A DNA stretch of 46,412 nt from a virus (taxonomy: Duplodnaviria > Caudoviricetes), in IMG/VR virus record IMGVR_UViG_3300042477_000093, positions 1-46,412 of that record; one strand, given 5' to 3'. A program made the position numbers and the translations under genes. Below the pieces are notes generated by a model. That model ran no database searches. It was not told the origin of the DNA and saw only the letters and a list, made by a program, of their open reading frames with translations. This document shows, one piece after another, positions 16,901 to 25,887 of this stretch. The stretch's first letter is position 1; each line of letters begins with the position of its first letter.

Positions 16901-17181
16901 CCTTTTCCTAAAAACTCCAGTGCTTTCTCTTCTGCACCACCAAAGCCTAGCTTTGCAAGGCCAGCTAATCCTAGAGCAGGCAAATCATATGCTGTGCCCA
17001 CAAGCATTTGCTTGGCACCTCTGGCAACAGCGTTGCTAAATACTTCTCCAATCCCTTGCGGTCCTTTGGGCTGGACCCCGGACATATCCACTAAACCACG
17101 GATTAGCTGATCACGCTCTTCATCGGATACACCCTCGGGAATGCGGAACCGCCCAAGGTTGGGGATGTTTACGATAGGCAT
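10927..17181 (-). CDS. large polyvalent internal virion/DNA-ejection protein (Pro-rich linker, HExxH module, ART-like module, LPD38-like C-terminus)
   Basis: 2084 aa, last late gene. TLHHEVIHALR; FNKWFGDSKVV..GKPLVVYHGT..PVYLSIK; helical C-terminal region typical of ejection proteins. Confidence 0.75.
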   Translation of the reverse strand: MPIVNIPNLGRFRIPEGVSDEERDQLIRGLVDMSGVQPKGPQGIGEVFSNAVARGAKQMLVGTAYDLPALGLAGLAKLGFGGAEEKALEFLGKGAQRYAAIEQELPTQYRDVTKLEGPGQYLGFAVEQAGQGLPSIASALLPGGIAAATGRGASRKIAQEAAETALRSGVTREVAERIGEKAAQDALAGRAGLAMMSSSYLQTAPESFRNIFEETKQLEPGLALATGLANSFIESYIPGKILGDLGLYGRTKLVEKALERGGFTKEALRIGAKASGIAAQEGLTEATQDIINSTAVKIIDENYQVFSPENLNKYLNSFAAGAAAGAGPGLLGAVGDRTRPVQTPPETPPRGGVISPTPPAVEPVAPQQVGAVQQPVAQAVPQAQPQVTVPPVTPAMEMPQAVPPVQPVTAAPQASLPAVTQPAAPPVAPPVTSIQAAPPVQQAAPPVTQPAPPTTVPPVQAVTAPPSVPQVISQAPSVTPAVTTPEVTVPPVTSMPALPAPPVTPEPGPPEFVEPPPETGPAPLPEEIAPVFEYEKELLGRREALEKGKGSLWSALKGRISYEDIKDASPDIEFRTLAGNPTNPNFKGLDLMVKDGDLDAWLPPELQSTNFDRDPTLETVAVNSIKERLADKDLLTDATKQELEIIDYELSQIIPLIREYESELERELAVTEAAEAAQRERLDAEQAALQESLAEAVPKSEAGVARPGETAGQRPIPAVTQAVTAPPAVPQVTAPPVTAAPVLPKNAIQAERDMFTQFRDELDRLGLKDLNLEFTRPKRTKTGYTLGEMATYVTRDIGATGNETLKVTGRLLRVAIDLAKRTKSSTAQNPERIKRTLHHEVIHALRSMNLFTADEWRILSEASAKDWVKRKWPDDHGMTVEQIYRKESKDTKLEEGVARAFEYYTRGEFQPAGAVARIFQKTKEFFKKLADYAMGLGITETEAEVFERIMSGEIGSRVRKDQTLYKQPYDKANIEAGLDHSDAFNKWFGDSKVVGPDGKPLVVYHGTEGKDFQAFSTKSAGSWFSEDPYIAQMYAGKDSSQIMPVYLSIKMPLMVPQDIDLSKSSTVEEALNRINDENGTTFEATDIGLKDSDEKIAYEFLASDSFINLARRSGYDGLGAYESGYMTWNAFEPNQIKSVFNKGTWSPESEIILENRVESEEIILNAANLDVDPEASMNNLVKSGPDFNQIKNNTRDYIKDLATDKADILLSTLNLRQLGEIASDALPQIKKFYRAVNDMLAYRDTRITKAADIATPWVAFNDKNPELARALADVMHDATIAGIDPDTRLDEIKNPELLKNWEKVSANPEALKIYREVRDYYAESLDLYQKALEQRINESMEEGRPKTAALLKLEQEFNRIRETGPYFPLARFGDYWVSFDTFNDEGKKVPEYYMFESRNDQRQFIDQLNKQGIKHKSGVKTREMISQGIPMTGFVREMMDLVDGMDGDKEALKDNIWQMFLTMQPDLSARKHFIHRKKVAGYSPDALRAFAETSFHGAYHLARVRYNGSLEALVLEARKYKEENPSVEADRYFDELLRRKQWVNAPEDVNSFNSWATSFSFLYFLTAPASALVNIAQTPMVAFPYLGGKFGYGKTFSALSQASKDFFASGIGKGRGFYDVIRTLQERVDEKGISDRERKRREEELGAMQKLYEDGTLNRTQTLSLAGLAERPSDVLQGGLGSVMRNKSFTTVQKVTYGLGYAFNQAEVFNRQITALAAYRLAKERGLTPDVALQMAKDIVNETHFEYTNATKPRFMQGPTARIIFQFKNYAQQMTYLLVRTVNEAVRDADPEVRREAQKRLGGILFMTGLFAGYEGLPMYWVIEGVMNAMFDDEDEPYDFNNSAKNTIADLFGSNAARILSKGAVSEILGGDVANRVGMNGMWFRDSNKSADEVEAFRQFVTDLAGPFVGIGVNISDGIKKINDGNTYRGIEAMLPPVLKDFMKVGRMATEGATTLRGDPIVGEVSTWGLFLQALGFTPVDIARGYEAMAEIKGMDKDLDQRRKRLLQQVTLAQINGDYTAFGEIYDKIEVFNEKNPENPISKESIKRSLAQRVKDSDRALRGIIVNPKREYLLEEARYLGEED
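16118..16146. repeat. dispersed palindrome, copy 2 (inside ejection protein gene, inverted flanks)
   Basis: Perfect AACTCCGCCACGTGGCGGAGTT at 16123-16144. Confidence 0.9.
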
Positions 17182-17189
17182 TTCGCCCC

Positions 17190-18746
17190 CTATTTGCCGC
17201 TTTGTTTTTTAACGTATTCCCTAATTGCTTCCATCATTTGCGGCGTCAGCGTTGTTACACCCTGATCTGCGCCAACCGTAGGATACAGGCGCCTCTCATA
17301 TTTTTGAATGATGTTTTCTTTCTCACTCTCAAATTTAGCCATCTCTTTTGGATCGTTACGCCAGCTTGTACCACGCTTCCCAAATCCAAGGGCCGAATGG
17401 AACCGGCTAGATTCTTCATCGTAGCGTTTCTCAAGATCTCGCAACTCTGGCTGTGCAGCCTCAACAGCATCTTTGCGAATGCGTGCAGCATCTCCAAACT
17501 TTGGCATGCCGGAAGTTGCTCCAGCCCCAGCCGCCTTCTTAGGCGTCATAAGATCCTGCATGGCACCCATAACACCGAGCTTCCCAAGCTTGGCTTTGTT
17601 CTGAGCCTCTACTTTAGCAGCCTGAATTTCCGCGGCTTCATCTGCGTACTTACGTGCAGATTCATAATCCTTCCGCTTGATCGCGTCTTTGTACTGCTCA
17701 TTGGCAAGACGTGCTTTCAGTGCAAGTGTCTTAGCTTCTTTGTTTGCAGCTTCAACAGATTGCTTTGTGCCTTCGTATCCTTCAAGCATACCGGCAAGAC
17801 CAGCGCCAAAGTCGCGGCCTGTGTAACCAAGACCAGCGATACCAGCCTTCATGAAGGCTCGGCGCTTTGCTTCTTCGGGAGATACTTGCTGACCAACCTC
17901 TGCGGCTAGCTGATCGGCCAAAGGACTGACTGTGTCAGGAAATTTTTGTTTTAAGTACTTTTCTTCTTCCTCTGCCTGCTTGCGCCTTTCCTCCATGGAC
18001 ATGACAGGAACTTGGGCGGGCATAAAAGCAGAAGCGAGCCTTTCTAATCCCTTGAGATCCACTGGGGCGGGTGCAGCGGGTTGCTGCTGTGCCTGCTGAA
18101 GCTTTGCTAATTGAGCGATGAGCGAATTGATGTCAGCGCCTTGCTCAGCAGGCTTAGGCTGCTCTTTTGCAGGAGCAGGTTTAGGTTGCTCAGCAGCAAC
18201 CTCTTTTCTAAGATTTGCAGCTTCTGTTGCAAGGATAGCGCTAGCCTGACCGGGAAGGTTAGGGTTCTTTAACTGCTGTTCTACTTGGGCAAGTCGCTCT
18301 GCTGCCTTGCGCTTGCGATCTTCGTCAGTTTCTTTTGGGTATATGCCTGACCTTGGGTCCGCTAGCAAGCCGCCAAACTGAAACGCAACTGGACCGCCCT
18401 GCGCCATACCAGGAACAAGCGCCCCGAGACCTTGTTGTGGTTGCTGCATCTCAGGCTGAGCCATAGGTTGTGCCATGGGCTGCATAGGCTGACCCATGGG
18501 TTGCGGCGGTGCAAGCAACTGCTGTTGTAGCTGATCAATAATCGGGCCAGAAGGCTTTTGCTGCTTAGCTTCAAAATCCTTGCGGATACGCAAACGCCGA
18601 TCCATCTCGGCGGCTGCAACAAGGGCTAGCTTAGGATCGTTGCGATAGTTAGGAAGCTCTTCATCAGGAAAGTTCTTGAAGATATCCATTGCCTCAAACA
18701 AGTTAATGTCTGGGGCTAGGCCCGGTTGAGCCATGGTTGTAGTCAT
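17190..18746 (-). CDS. putative internal virion/ejection protein
   Basis: Helical, Q/A/E/K-rich, MAQGG motif, position in the ejection cluster. Confidence 0.65.
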   Translation of the reverse strand: MTTTMAQPGLAPDINLFEAMDIFKNFPDEELPNYRNDPKLALVAAAEMDRRLRIRKDFEAKQQKPSGPIIDQLQQQLLAPPQPMGQPMQPMAQPMAQPEMQQPQQGLGALVPGMAQGGPVAFQFGGLLADPRSGIYPKETDEDRKRKAAERLAQVEQQLKNPNLPGQASAILATEAANLRKEVAAEQPKPAPAKEQPKPAEQGADINSLIAQLAKLQQAQQQPAAPAPVDLKGLERLASAFMPAQVPVMSMEERRKQAEEEEKYLKQKFPDTVSPLADQLAAEVGQQVSPEEAKRRAFMKAGIAGLGYTGRDFGAGLAGMLEGYEGTKQSVEAANKEAKTLALKARLANEQYKDAIKRKDYESARKYADEAAEIQAAKVEAQNKAKLGKLGVMGAMQDLMTPKKAAGAGATSGMPKFGDAARIRKDAVEAAQPELRDLEKRYDEESSRFHSALGFGKRGTSWRNDPKEMAKFESEKENIIQKYERRLYPTVGADQGVTTLTPQMMEAIREYVKKQSGK

Positions 18747-19492
18747 CGCATTCCTCCGTACAGCAATCCAGCAAGACCAAGCGTTTGCACAAATGGGTTG
18801 GCCGGCGCATTGTAGTAAGACGCCGTGGGCGACTGCTGCTGGCCAAAGATAATTGACTTATAAGCCTCTGCCTGCGTCTGTGGATAAAGACGCTGCTTCT
18901 CAAACTCCTGATACATCAGATCAAGATCGCGCTGGCGTCTTGCCTCATCTGCTAATCCAAGCTGCTGCAAGGTCTGCGCCTTCTGCTGTTGAGACGCAAG
19001 ATCTTGCTGGTAAAGCTGGCCTGCCTTGTCAAACGCCGCGGCAGATCCCTGCATTTGAATATTGCCAAGTTGTGTACCTAAATTACGCATGGCCTCTGAT
19101 TCCATGATCGCCTGGCGAGAACCGCCAAACGCACCACGTGATGCAGCCTGACTACGTAAGTTAGTAAGACCCGTCTGATAGTCGCGCACTGCCGCCTGCT
19201 TGGCCACATCCGTTACCGCTTGTTGGTAAGGATTCATGTAAGCCTGCATGACACCGACGTTCTGGCCACCTACATTGATGTTGCCAAGAATGCCGGGCGC
19301 CATGGCGGTTTGCTGTGCAGCTTCAACGCCTTGCTGGTACAAGCCGGATGTCTCGGCTGTCCTTGGCGCCGTGTATGGCGTATAGGGTGTATAGGCAATC
19401 TGCTGACCCATGCGATACAGGTCAGAGATATACGGAAGTTGATACTCTGGTGCGCTTTGCGTAACAGTTGTTGAAGGTCCGCCCAGGCTCAT
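18743..19492 (-). CDS. putative DNA pilot/ejection protein
   Basis: YMNPYQQAV, GAFGGSRQAI motifs; Q-rich; hydrophobic C-terminus. Confidence 0.7.
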   Translation of the reverse strand: MSLGGPSTTVTQSAPEYQLPYISDLYRMGQQIAYTPYTPYTAPRTAETSGLYQQGVEAAQQTAMAPGILGNINVGGQNVGVMQAYMNPYQQAVTDVAKQAAVRDYQTGLTNLRSQAASRGAFGGSRQAIMESEAMRNLGTQLGNIQMQGSAAAFDKAGQLYQQDLASQQQKAQTLQQLGLADEARRQRDLDLMYQEFEKQRLYPQTQAEAYKSIIFGQQQSPTASYYNAPANPFVQTLGLAGLLYGGMR

Positions 19493-19857
19493 TTGACCAC
19501 CTCTTCAGTTAAGACTACGCCCCGCTCACGCATGTTAAATACACGCCGCCAACCGGGTCGTCCTTGGATCGTAATTGCATCACATCCAGCCTTCTTTGCA
19601 TACCAGCGTACAGCAGGCGCAAAGGCAAGCTTGAGTTCCTCTAAGCTACCGCCAGCAAGCCAGCAGTTGTAAATCTTTTTCTGCGGGTAGACCCGAATCT
19701 CTGCAATAACCGCTGCGTCTAAACCCGGCAGGAAGATCGCCTCACCCCTTAGTACAGCAGCCTTTACATCATCTAACGAAAACAAGTTCCCTGCATGATC
19801 AAGCGCGGCCTGTAGCCACTGGCTACACCTATTCCACTCTTGATCAAAAGGTGTCAT
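19489..19857 (-). CDS. GNAT-like virion assembly protein
   Basis: WLAGGSLEEL...GCDAITIQGRPGWRRV motif. Confidence 0.65.
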   Translation of the reverse strand: MTPFDQEWNRCSQWLQAALDHAGNLFSLDDVKAAVLRGEAIFLPGLDAAVIAEIRVYPQKKIYNCWLAGGSLEELKLAFAPAVRWYAKKAGCDAITIQGRPGWRRVFNMRERGVVLTEEVVK

Positions 19858-20789
19858 GCAGGCATCACCTTACTTGGTTTAACCGCAGGCGGCTGCTTAT
19901 CCGTTCCATGCCTGGCTTTGCGTACACGCTCCATCATTTCGTACAACGCTTCTGCCCCAGCATCGGATGAACCATTACCAAGATCTGATACCACATCAGC
20001 AGGTATCACAAACTCATTGCGTGCAAGACGCGCAGGCTGATGCTCACCGGTAGATCCGCCATCAATAAATGCATGGATGTCATCAGACATACCGTCGCCT
20101 GCACCACGTAAATACCTTCCCTCCGCAACATCACCGCCCTCAGCATAACCAACCAATATATCGTCTATAGAGCCCCCGCCTGCCAAGCCGCCGCCGGAAG
20201 TGTCCGTTCCTCCGGTAGTTGTATTACCGGTCGCTGCGCCAGAGTCAAAAGCAATACCAGGCTGCGTACCTAATGACTGATATAAACGCTCAAGTCCCTG
20301 TGAATAACCTTGTTGACCTGCTGCGATTTCTTGCTGTGTAGGGCCGTATCGTTTCGCAGCTTCCGTAGGATTGAACTGGAAAGGATTGGGGTTAAAGAAC
20401 AATGGCAACCCAACCATGGGCTGGTAGATGTTTTGCCCAGAAGCAGACTTCTGTGGGGCCGGCTGCGGGGGAAGCATGGGCGCAGTAAGAGCGCGGTTAT
20501 ATACCGGGGCTTCTTTGTAGACGGGCATCTTCACTGCCGGCGGTTTGTTTCTTAGCGCAGAAACAAGTGATGCTATTCCGAAACCAAGTGTTGCTAGCGC
20601 CTTATCGCCACCAGTAGCATTCCCTGACAAGAATCTGGTGAGGATATTATCGCCACCAAATATGGATGACCAGTTAGTACCACCACCTGACGTGGTTCCT
20701 ATATCCAAGCCACCATAATCCGTGCTACCAGTACCGTACGGATCGCTTGTGTTTTCTAGGTCGTAGTCGCTGTAGATATCATCCGCCAT
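19854..20789 (-). CDS. virion-associated protein
   Basis: C-terminal GAGDGMSDDI..ARLARNEFVIPADVVSDLGNGSSDAGA motif. Confidence 0.7.
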   Translation of the reverse strand: MADDIYSDYDLENTSDPYGTGSTDYGGLDIGTTSGGGTNWSSIFGGDNILTRFLSGNATGGDKALATLGFGIASLVSALRNKPPAVKMPVYKEAPVYNRALTAPMLPPQPAPQKSASGQNIYQPMVGLPLFFNPNPFQFNPTEAAKRYGPTQQEIAAGQQGYSQGLERLYQSLGTQPGIAFDSGAATGNTTTGGTDTSGGGLAGGGSIDDILVGYAEGGDVAEGRYLRGAGDGMSDDIHAFIDGGSTGEHQPARLARNEFVIPADVVSDLGNGSSDAGAEALYEMMERVRKARHGTDKQPPAVKPSKVMPA

Positions 20790-20792
20790 GAT

Positions 20793-21431
20793 TTACTCCG
20801 GTACTGATGAAACAAAGGCCATAGTCGCTATCACTGATGGCGTCGCAGGCCTGGTTGGTGATGAAGCCGCCGCTATGTGCTCAATACGTACACCCGTATT
20901 GTCGGTACACCAATAAAGCTCCACATAATCACCCGATTGCATAGTAAGGAAAAGATTTAAAGCAGCAATTGTGTGGCCATCGACCCCGCCATGGCTATTT
21001 GGCACGGAGAAGCGAGAATTGGAATTCGACAGGTTAGAGCCATTTATAGCCGCCCATACATCCACATCATGTATCTGTGTGTCTGTATTTGCAAACTGAA
21101 TACTAAATTGCAAATTGTAGACCCCAGGATACGTGGCAGTCATCTGAGAGCTATTAGCAAGGTAAACGCTGTCTGCCACATCCGTTACATCAAACGTAAT
21201 CGCATACGCAACAGTCGTACTACTAGCAGTCTGATCAGAGTCGCTTGACCATGCACCAAACGGATTGCTCATAAACCTGCCGCCATCAGGCCCCAGCAAA
21301 AACTGCGTCGCATTGCTTAGTCTATTGAAGTAAAGACGTAGCGCGTTATTCAACTGCTCTTGATATTGAGGGCTCCATTGCTGCGGAGCATATGGCAGGT
21401 TTGGCGGCTGCGGACTATCTAAATAAATCAC
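20793..21431 (-). CDS. tail-associated protein with C1q/BclA-like beta domain
   Basis: LRLYFNRL helix, then GVYNLQFSIQF...GDYVELYW. Confidence 0.65.
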   Translation of the reverse strand: MIYLDSPQPPNLPYAPQQWSPQYQEQLNNALRLYFNRLSNATQFLLGPDGGRFMSNPFGAWSSDSDQTASSTTVAYAITFDVTDVADSVYLANSSQMTATYPGVYNLQFSIQFANTDTQIHDVDVWAAINGSNLSNSNSRFSVPNSHGGVDGHTIAALNLFLTMQSGDYVELYWCTDNTGVRIEHIAAASSPTRPATPSVIATMAFVSSVPE

Positions 21432-23575
21432 GCACCTCTCCCGGTAGCTCTACCGTCCCCACGGATATCGAACCGCGGAGATCCAAGTTGCCATGCACTG
21501 CCAAGGTCTGTTGACTCAACCTTAAAGATTAACTGGCGGCCACGCACCCTTACATACACCTGCCCAGTAAACTGCTCTATGTTGGTCGTCGTTGTGCGAG
21601 CAACCGCCGCCGAGCTTGATCCACCAAGAGACTGCGGACTGTTATATCCAGATCCTGAGTTCATCATCGGGATAAGCGTCATGGTTACCGCTGGATTTGG
21701 ATTAGATTGGCTGGTTCCGCTGAACGTAATATCCGGCAGAACGCGCCATACGAAACCAATATTGTGGCCGTCTTGAATATCAAACTCTGCTGATTCTATG
21801 TAAGCATTAATTGCTTGCGGCTCTCCAGTAACATTATCGTCGTTACCATACTCATGATTTACCAAGTTGTTGCTGTAGGTAGCGGCCACTGGATAATCAC
21901 GCAACCCAGCATCTACCCAAGCGGTCCTGGCCATAGTGCCGTAATACCAAATACGCTCAAGGTAATTGTAGACAACGTACCTATCAATATCGTTGCTGCT
22001 AGCCGATGCGTAAAACCACCATATCTCATTGAACCCCTCGTTGGTGCCAGAGAAGTATTGGAGATACTGCGTGGAATTTATATCTTGGTAAACGTATTTA
22101 CGCAGGTCGCATTGAAGCGTTTGCACCCGTCCGTCATACATATAAAACTTATCAACACCCATCCAGAAGGCTATGCCCGTAGCGACCGATACTGCATTAG
22201 GGCCAACAATGGAGATGTTGTCGCCCAGCAATTGAGCACCCCATACAAGAGGAGCGCCTAGGTATTGCAAGGAATAAAGCGCCGTGTCCGTCCATACCAA
22301 GATCTCTTGGCGTGTTTGTGCGACAGCAATAATCTTTGACCCATGAGAAAGGCGCAGCGATCCAGCCTGATTGGCGGCAGATGGGAGCCAATCTGTTACA
22401 GACTCCTGGTCAGCCCAGCGTATGAGCATAGGATCTTGTGTCGTAGTACCAGTATCATTTGCGCCAAAGCAAAACACAAACCGATAAATATCTGAAACAA
22501 AAACTAGGTTTTGAATTACCGGCGTGTCTAATGCGCCTGGTAGCGTTTCAATATTGACGCCACGTGTTGGCAATCCATTGGTTGCATCCCAGTAATAGAC
22601 GCCACCGCCACGAGGACCAAATACCAAATCCTCTCCAAAATTCATAGCCGACCAAAGGCGCATAGCATCTGGCACAAAAACACCAACACCACCCCAAAGG
22701 CCAGAACCCCACCCGCCTGCGCCCCAGCCAACTTGCGCCACTTGAGAGGCGGGGCCGATGGTTATTTGATACTCAGCCCTGACGGAAGACCCGCCGCCGC
22801 TGGTTGTGGCATTGGCGGCCGTTGCAGCAGTGATGGTATAGGCGCTTGCATTGGTTACTGTAATCTTGTATTCGTTATTCAGATCCAGTCCGGCAACTGT
22901 TGTCGCACCTGAAAACGTAACGTAGTCGCCTGTCTGTCCGCCATGTGTAGCAGCAGTGACGGTAACCGTGGTAGATCCGTTTGTCGTTGCAAAAGGATTG
23001 TTCCCAAGCAATACAGCATCAATGTAATACTCGGCGGTAACCGTTCCTCCGCCAGAGGCTGTACTCGATGCCGTTGTAGTGACAGTAATTACATACGTGT
23101 TTGCGTCAGTAATGGACGTAATGACATGACGTGTATTTAGTTCAGCCGCCGGAATGCCGCCTACCGTGGTGGCACCGGAAAAATAAACAAGATCGCCTGC
23201 CGTTGCACCATGCGCCGTGTCACTCACCGACACAGTTGCATCGCCACTCGTTGTACTAAAAGGATTGGTCAGCGTGGCCGTGTAGTTATATTGCCGCAAC
23301 GGCGTTATGTCATTGTATGCGCCACCGCTCTCTATATAGTATTTGTCACTGGTTCCAACGCCCATCAGATTGTTGGCTGTCAGAGTCACCCAGTTCCATA
23401 ATGATCGGCATGTTCCAAGGAAAGTATTGACAGAGATACGCGCCCACCCGCCAATCTTTTCTGGCGTTCCTTGGCGAAAACGCACCTTATCTGATGAGTA
23501 CCACCCACCTTCGTTGGTGTATCTCGTGTTTTCGCGATTGCATCCTGGTTTTGCAAGTATTTTTTGCAATGGCAT
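21428..23575 (-). CDS. tail tubular/nozzle (stabilisation) protein with beta-rich insertions
   Basis: SDKVRFRQGTPEKIGGW N-terminus, beta-propeller-like repeats, RVRGRQ C-terminus. Confidence 0.8.
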   Translation of the reverse strand: MPLQKILAKPGCNRENTRYTNEGGWYSSDKVRFRQGTPEKIGGWARISVNTFLGTCRSLWNWVTLTANNLMGVGTSDKYYIESGGAYNDITPLRQYNYTATLTNPFSTTSGDATVSVSDTAHGATAGDLVYFSGATTVGGIPAAELNTRHVITSITDANTYVITVTTTASSTASGGGTVTAEYYIDAVLLGNNPFATTNGSTTVTVTAATHGGQTGDYVTFSGATTVAGLDLNNEYKITVTNASAYTITAATAANATTSGGGSSVRAEYQITIGPASQVAQVGWGAGGWGSGLWGGVGVFVPDAMRLWSAMNFGEDLVFGPRGGGVYYWDATNGLPTRGVNIETLPGALDTPVIQNLVFVSDIYRFVFCFGANDTGTTTQDPMLIRWADQESVTDWLPSAANQAGSLRLSHGSKIIAVAQTRQEILVWTDTALYSLQYLGAPLVWGAQLLGDNISIVGPNAVSVATGIAFWMGVDKFYMYDGRVQTLQCDLRKYVYQDINSTQYLQYFSGTNEGFNEIWWFYASASSNDIDRYVVYNYLERIWYYGTMARTAWVDAGLRDYPVAATYSNNLVNHEYGNDDNVTGEPQAINAYIESAEFDIQDGHNIGFVWRVLPDITFSGTSQSNPNPAVTMTLIPMMNSGSGYNSPQSLGGSSSAAVARTTTTNIEQFTGQVYVRVRGRQLIFKVESTDLGSAWQLGSPRFDIRGDGRATGRGA

Positions 23576-23609
23576 GCTAAAATTCTCCTACCTTAACACG
23601 GAGAACACC

Positions 23610-24299
23610 ATGTACGTTTATATTTGGAAAGACCCAAATGGCGTCCCTTTTTATGTTGGCATGGGTAGCACCCTTGGAAGGACTAACCCCAAGGCAAAGT
23701 GCCATCGCAACAAAGGATGTTTGCAAAAACTTGCTGATCTTGGAGCTGATTCGGTTGTTGTTGAAATACATACTGTTGCAAACGCCGATGAAGCTAAGTC
23801 CATGGAGCAAATGTTCATAGCAAAGTTTGGCCGCATCAGGGACGGCGGTACTTTGACCAATATATCTGCTGGTGGTGAGTTTCATAAAACCAGTGACGAA
23901 ACAAAACAAAAACTTGTTGATCTTTGGAAAACACCTGAGTACCGAACTGCAACCATAGACCCAAGAGTTGGTAAAACACGAGATCTCACAGAGTCAACAA
24001 AAGAAGTGTTGCGTGCAAATTTATTAAAGAATGAACACATGAAGTCTTGGGGAGAGCGCAACGGCAAAGACCCCGAGTTCGATGCCAAACGGATTGAAGG
24101 TATCCGAGACGCACAAGGCAAACGCAGAGAAAAAATGTCCGACCCAGTAGCTCTAGCCCAACGTAAAGAACGCCTTAAGGCAACGATGGCTTCACCTGAG
24201 TATGCGGCTAAACGCGCTGCTTTTGATACACCTGAATACCGCGCTAAATTAGCTGCGGCCAAGAAAGCGTACTGGGACAAACGCAAAGGACTCATTTAA
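23610..24299 (+). CDS. free-standing GIY-YIG-type homing endonuclease, antisense to the late operon
   Basis: YVYIW...PFYVGMG...R...E..FIAKFGR....GTLTNISAGGE; GGAGA RBS before the ATG at 23610. Confidence 0.75.
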   Translation: MYVYIWKDPNGVPFYVGMGSTLGRTNPKAKCHRNKGCLQKLADLGADSVVVEIHTVANADEAKSMEQMFIAKFGRIRDGGTLTNISAGGEFHKTSDETKQKLVDLWKTPEYRTATIDPRVGKTRDLTESTKEVLRANLLKNEHMKSWGERNGKDPEFDAKRIEGIRDAQGKRREKMSDPVALAQRKERLKATMASPEYAAKRAAFDTPEYRAKLAAAKKAYWDKRKGLI

Positions 24300-24819
24300 A
24301 TTCACCCCGTAGGTACAACGCTTTTTCAGCTCTGCGGCGGCGCACCAATCCCGGTAACACTTTGCCGCCGCCCATAGTCCACATCATAAACGCTTCTGCT
24401 GCGCCTTCATAGTCACCGCGATTGTTCTTCATTCTTATCGTAGAGCTTTGATAACGCCCAGGTCCAGCGTTGAACGCAAAACTGACCACAGCGTCGAAGC
24501 TTGACTGACGGCCAGCAAGATTAGGAGACATTCTAAGAACACTGCGTTCAAAACGGACGAGATCATCCTCAAAAAGGCGATCAATCTCCTCTTGCGTCCA
24601 AGCGCGATTATCTTGGGCTGCGAGCGGGTAGTCCTTGCGAAGGATGCCGGTATAGCCATCTTTCCTCAATACAGGTAACTTGATCTGATCTTGGTATAAA
24701 ACGTGGCCGTAACCAATCGTCCAAATATGAGCAGGGCATAAATAAGGTTTAAGACTCTTACCTTCAAAACTGTGCATCAAGTCAATGCCAGCCTGCCCGG
24801 TCTTCATTTTTTCTGCCAA
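24292..24819 (-). CDS. endolysin, GH24 lysozyme
   Basis: FEG..LKPYLCPAHIWTIGYGH, FDAVVSFAFNAG, LPGLVRRRRAE. Confidence 0.93.
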   Translation of the reverse strand: MAEKMKTGQAGIDLMHSFEGKSLKPYLCPAHIWTIGYGHVLYQDQIKLPVLRKDGYTGILRKDYPLAAQDNRAWTQEEIDRLFEDDLVRFERSVLRMSPNLAGRQSSFDAVVSFAFNAGPGRYQSSTIRMKNNRGDYEGAAEAFMMWTMGGGKVLPGLVRRRRAEKALYLRGEFK

Positions 24820-25307
24820 CTACGGGAGCCGAACCAAAATCCAATGATGCCGCCAAGCATTGCCATCTCATCGTCGGAAAAGATAATGGCGCTGACTCGG
24901 ATCAGATCGTCAATGTTCTGCACAAGGTGCGGGTGCTGCCAAACGTAATACGCAAGCACAGCGTTGATAGCAATGAGTTCCAAGATGAGCAAGTAAGTGA
25001 CGTTAGGCCGCACCGTACCAATGTAATTCACCACCCACTTGCTAGACTTCTCAATAATCTGCTTGTCGTGATCCAGTGCTGCAACTGTCATTTGAGCGTC
25101 AGTTTGCATAGCGATCTGGTCGGTGCGGATCTCTTCCACACGCTGCTGGGCAATGTAACCTTCCTTAGCAAGCGCGAGTTCACGCTCTGACTGCATCCTT
25201 GCAAGTTCAAGCTCATGGGCTTGGTCGGCTTTGTTTTGGAAGTAATCAAGTAGCTTTGGCAAGCCTGAGATCAGCAACCCACCAAGGGTGGAGAGAAGTG
25301 AGAGCAT
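24804..25307 (-). CDS. putative holin
   Basis: Hydrophobic segments, VRP and IIGFWFGSR motifs; adjacent to the lysozyme. Confidence 0.7.
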   Translation of the reverse strand: MLSLLSTLGGLLISGLPKLLDYFQNKADQAHELELARMQSERELALAKEGYIAQQRVEEIRTDQIAMQTDAQMTVAALDHDKQIIEKSSKWVVNYIGTVRPNVTYLLILELIAINAVLAYYVWQHPHLVQNIDDLIRVSAIIFSDDEMAMLGGIIGFWFGSRSWQKK

Positions 25308-25309
25308 GA

Positions 25310-25726
25310 TTACCCCTTTGCGGTAATTTGATCTGCGCCTTTTTTGACCGTGACTTTGCTTCCTTCAACGTCCACTTGCATGGGTTGCTCGGCACGGTCT
25401 AGCTTGTCAAGACGGTGGATCAAATCTTTGATGACCTCAAACTCTGGCCTTTCCTGTTTCGCAGCAGTGCCAGCAATACCGTTTAGCATTTGAATGAGTG
25501 CAGTCAGTGATGCACCGAGCAAACCCATGACAGCAGCAATCTTTTCACCTTCAAGGAATAACGATGCGCCAACACCCACAAGCACGATTAGGAAGATATA
25601 CAGTAAGCCATCTTCACCGATGGCTTTGCCTGCTACTTCTTTGGCCGAGTCTTGTGCTTTAAGCTCTTCAAGCCTGATCTTGGCTTGTGCTTTAAGAACC
25701 GCTAGTTCGTGGGTTTTGTCGTCCAC
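25310..25726 (-). CDS. membrane protein (lysis region)
   Basis: Two transmembrane helices. Confidence 0.7.
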   Translation of the reverse strand: MDDKTHELAVLKAQAKIRLEELKAQDSAKEVAGKAIGEDGLLYIFLIVLVGVGASLFLEGEKIAAVMGLLGASLTALIQMLNGIAGTAAKQERPEFEVIKDLIHRLDKLDRAEQPMQVDVEGSKVTVKKGADQITAKG

Positions 25727-25728
25727 GG

Positions 25729-25887
25729 CTAGGGCTCACTAATTTCCTGTGTTACTTGGGGCTCGCCTTGCTCTTTAATCTTAGCTATCAAATGAGCAAC
25801 CTGTACAAAAGGTAAGTTACCCATAAGCGAAAGCAGATGGTTAACCTCTTGGATGGTAAGTTCTAGTTTGATGATTTGATCAGGCAT
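25729..25887 (-). CDS. hypothetical 52-aa protein (not in ORF track)
   Basis: MPDQIIKLELTIQEVNHLLSLMGNLPFVQVAHLIAKIKEQ... fills the gap. Confidence 0.65.
   Translation of the reverse strand: MPDQIIKLELTIQEVNHLLSLMGNLPFVQVAHLIAKIKEQGEPQVTQEISEP

Noticed and set aside
23343-23609. N-terminal extension of the + strand endonuclease ORF
   Set aside because: It overlaps the tail gene antisense; the RBS and domain start point to ATG 23610.
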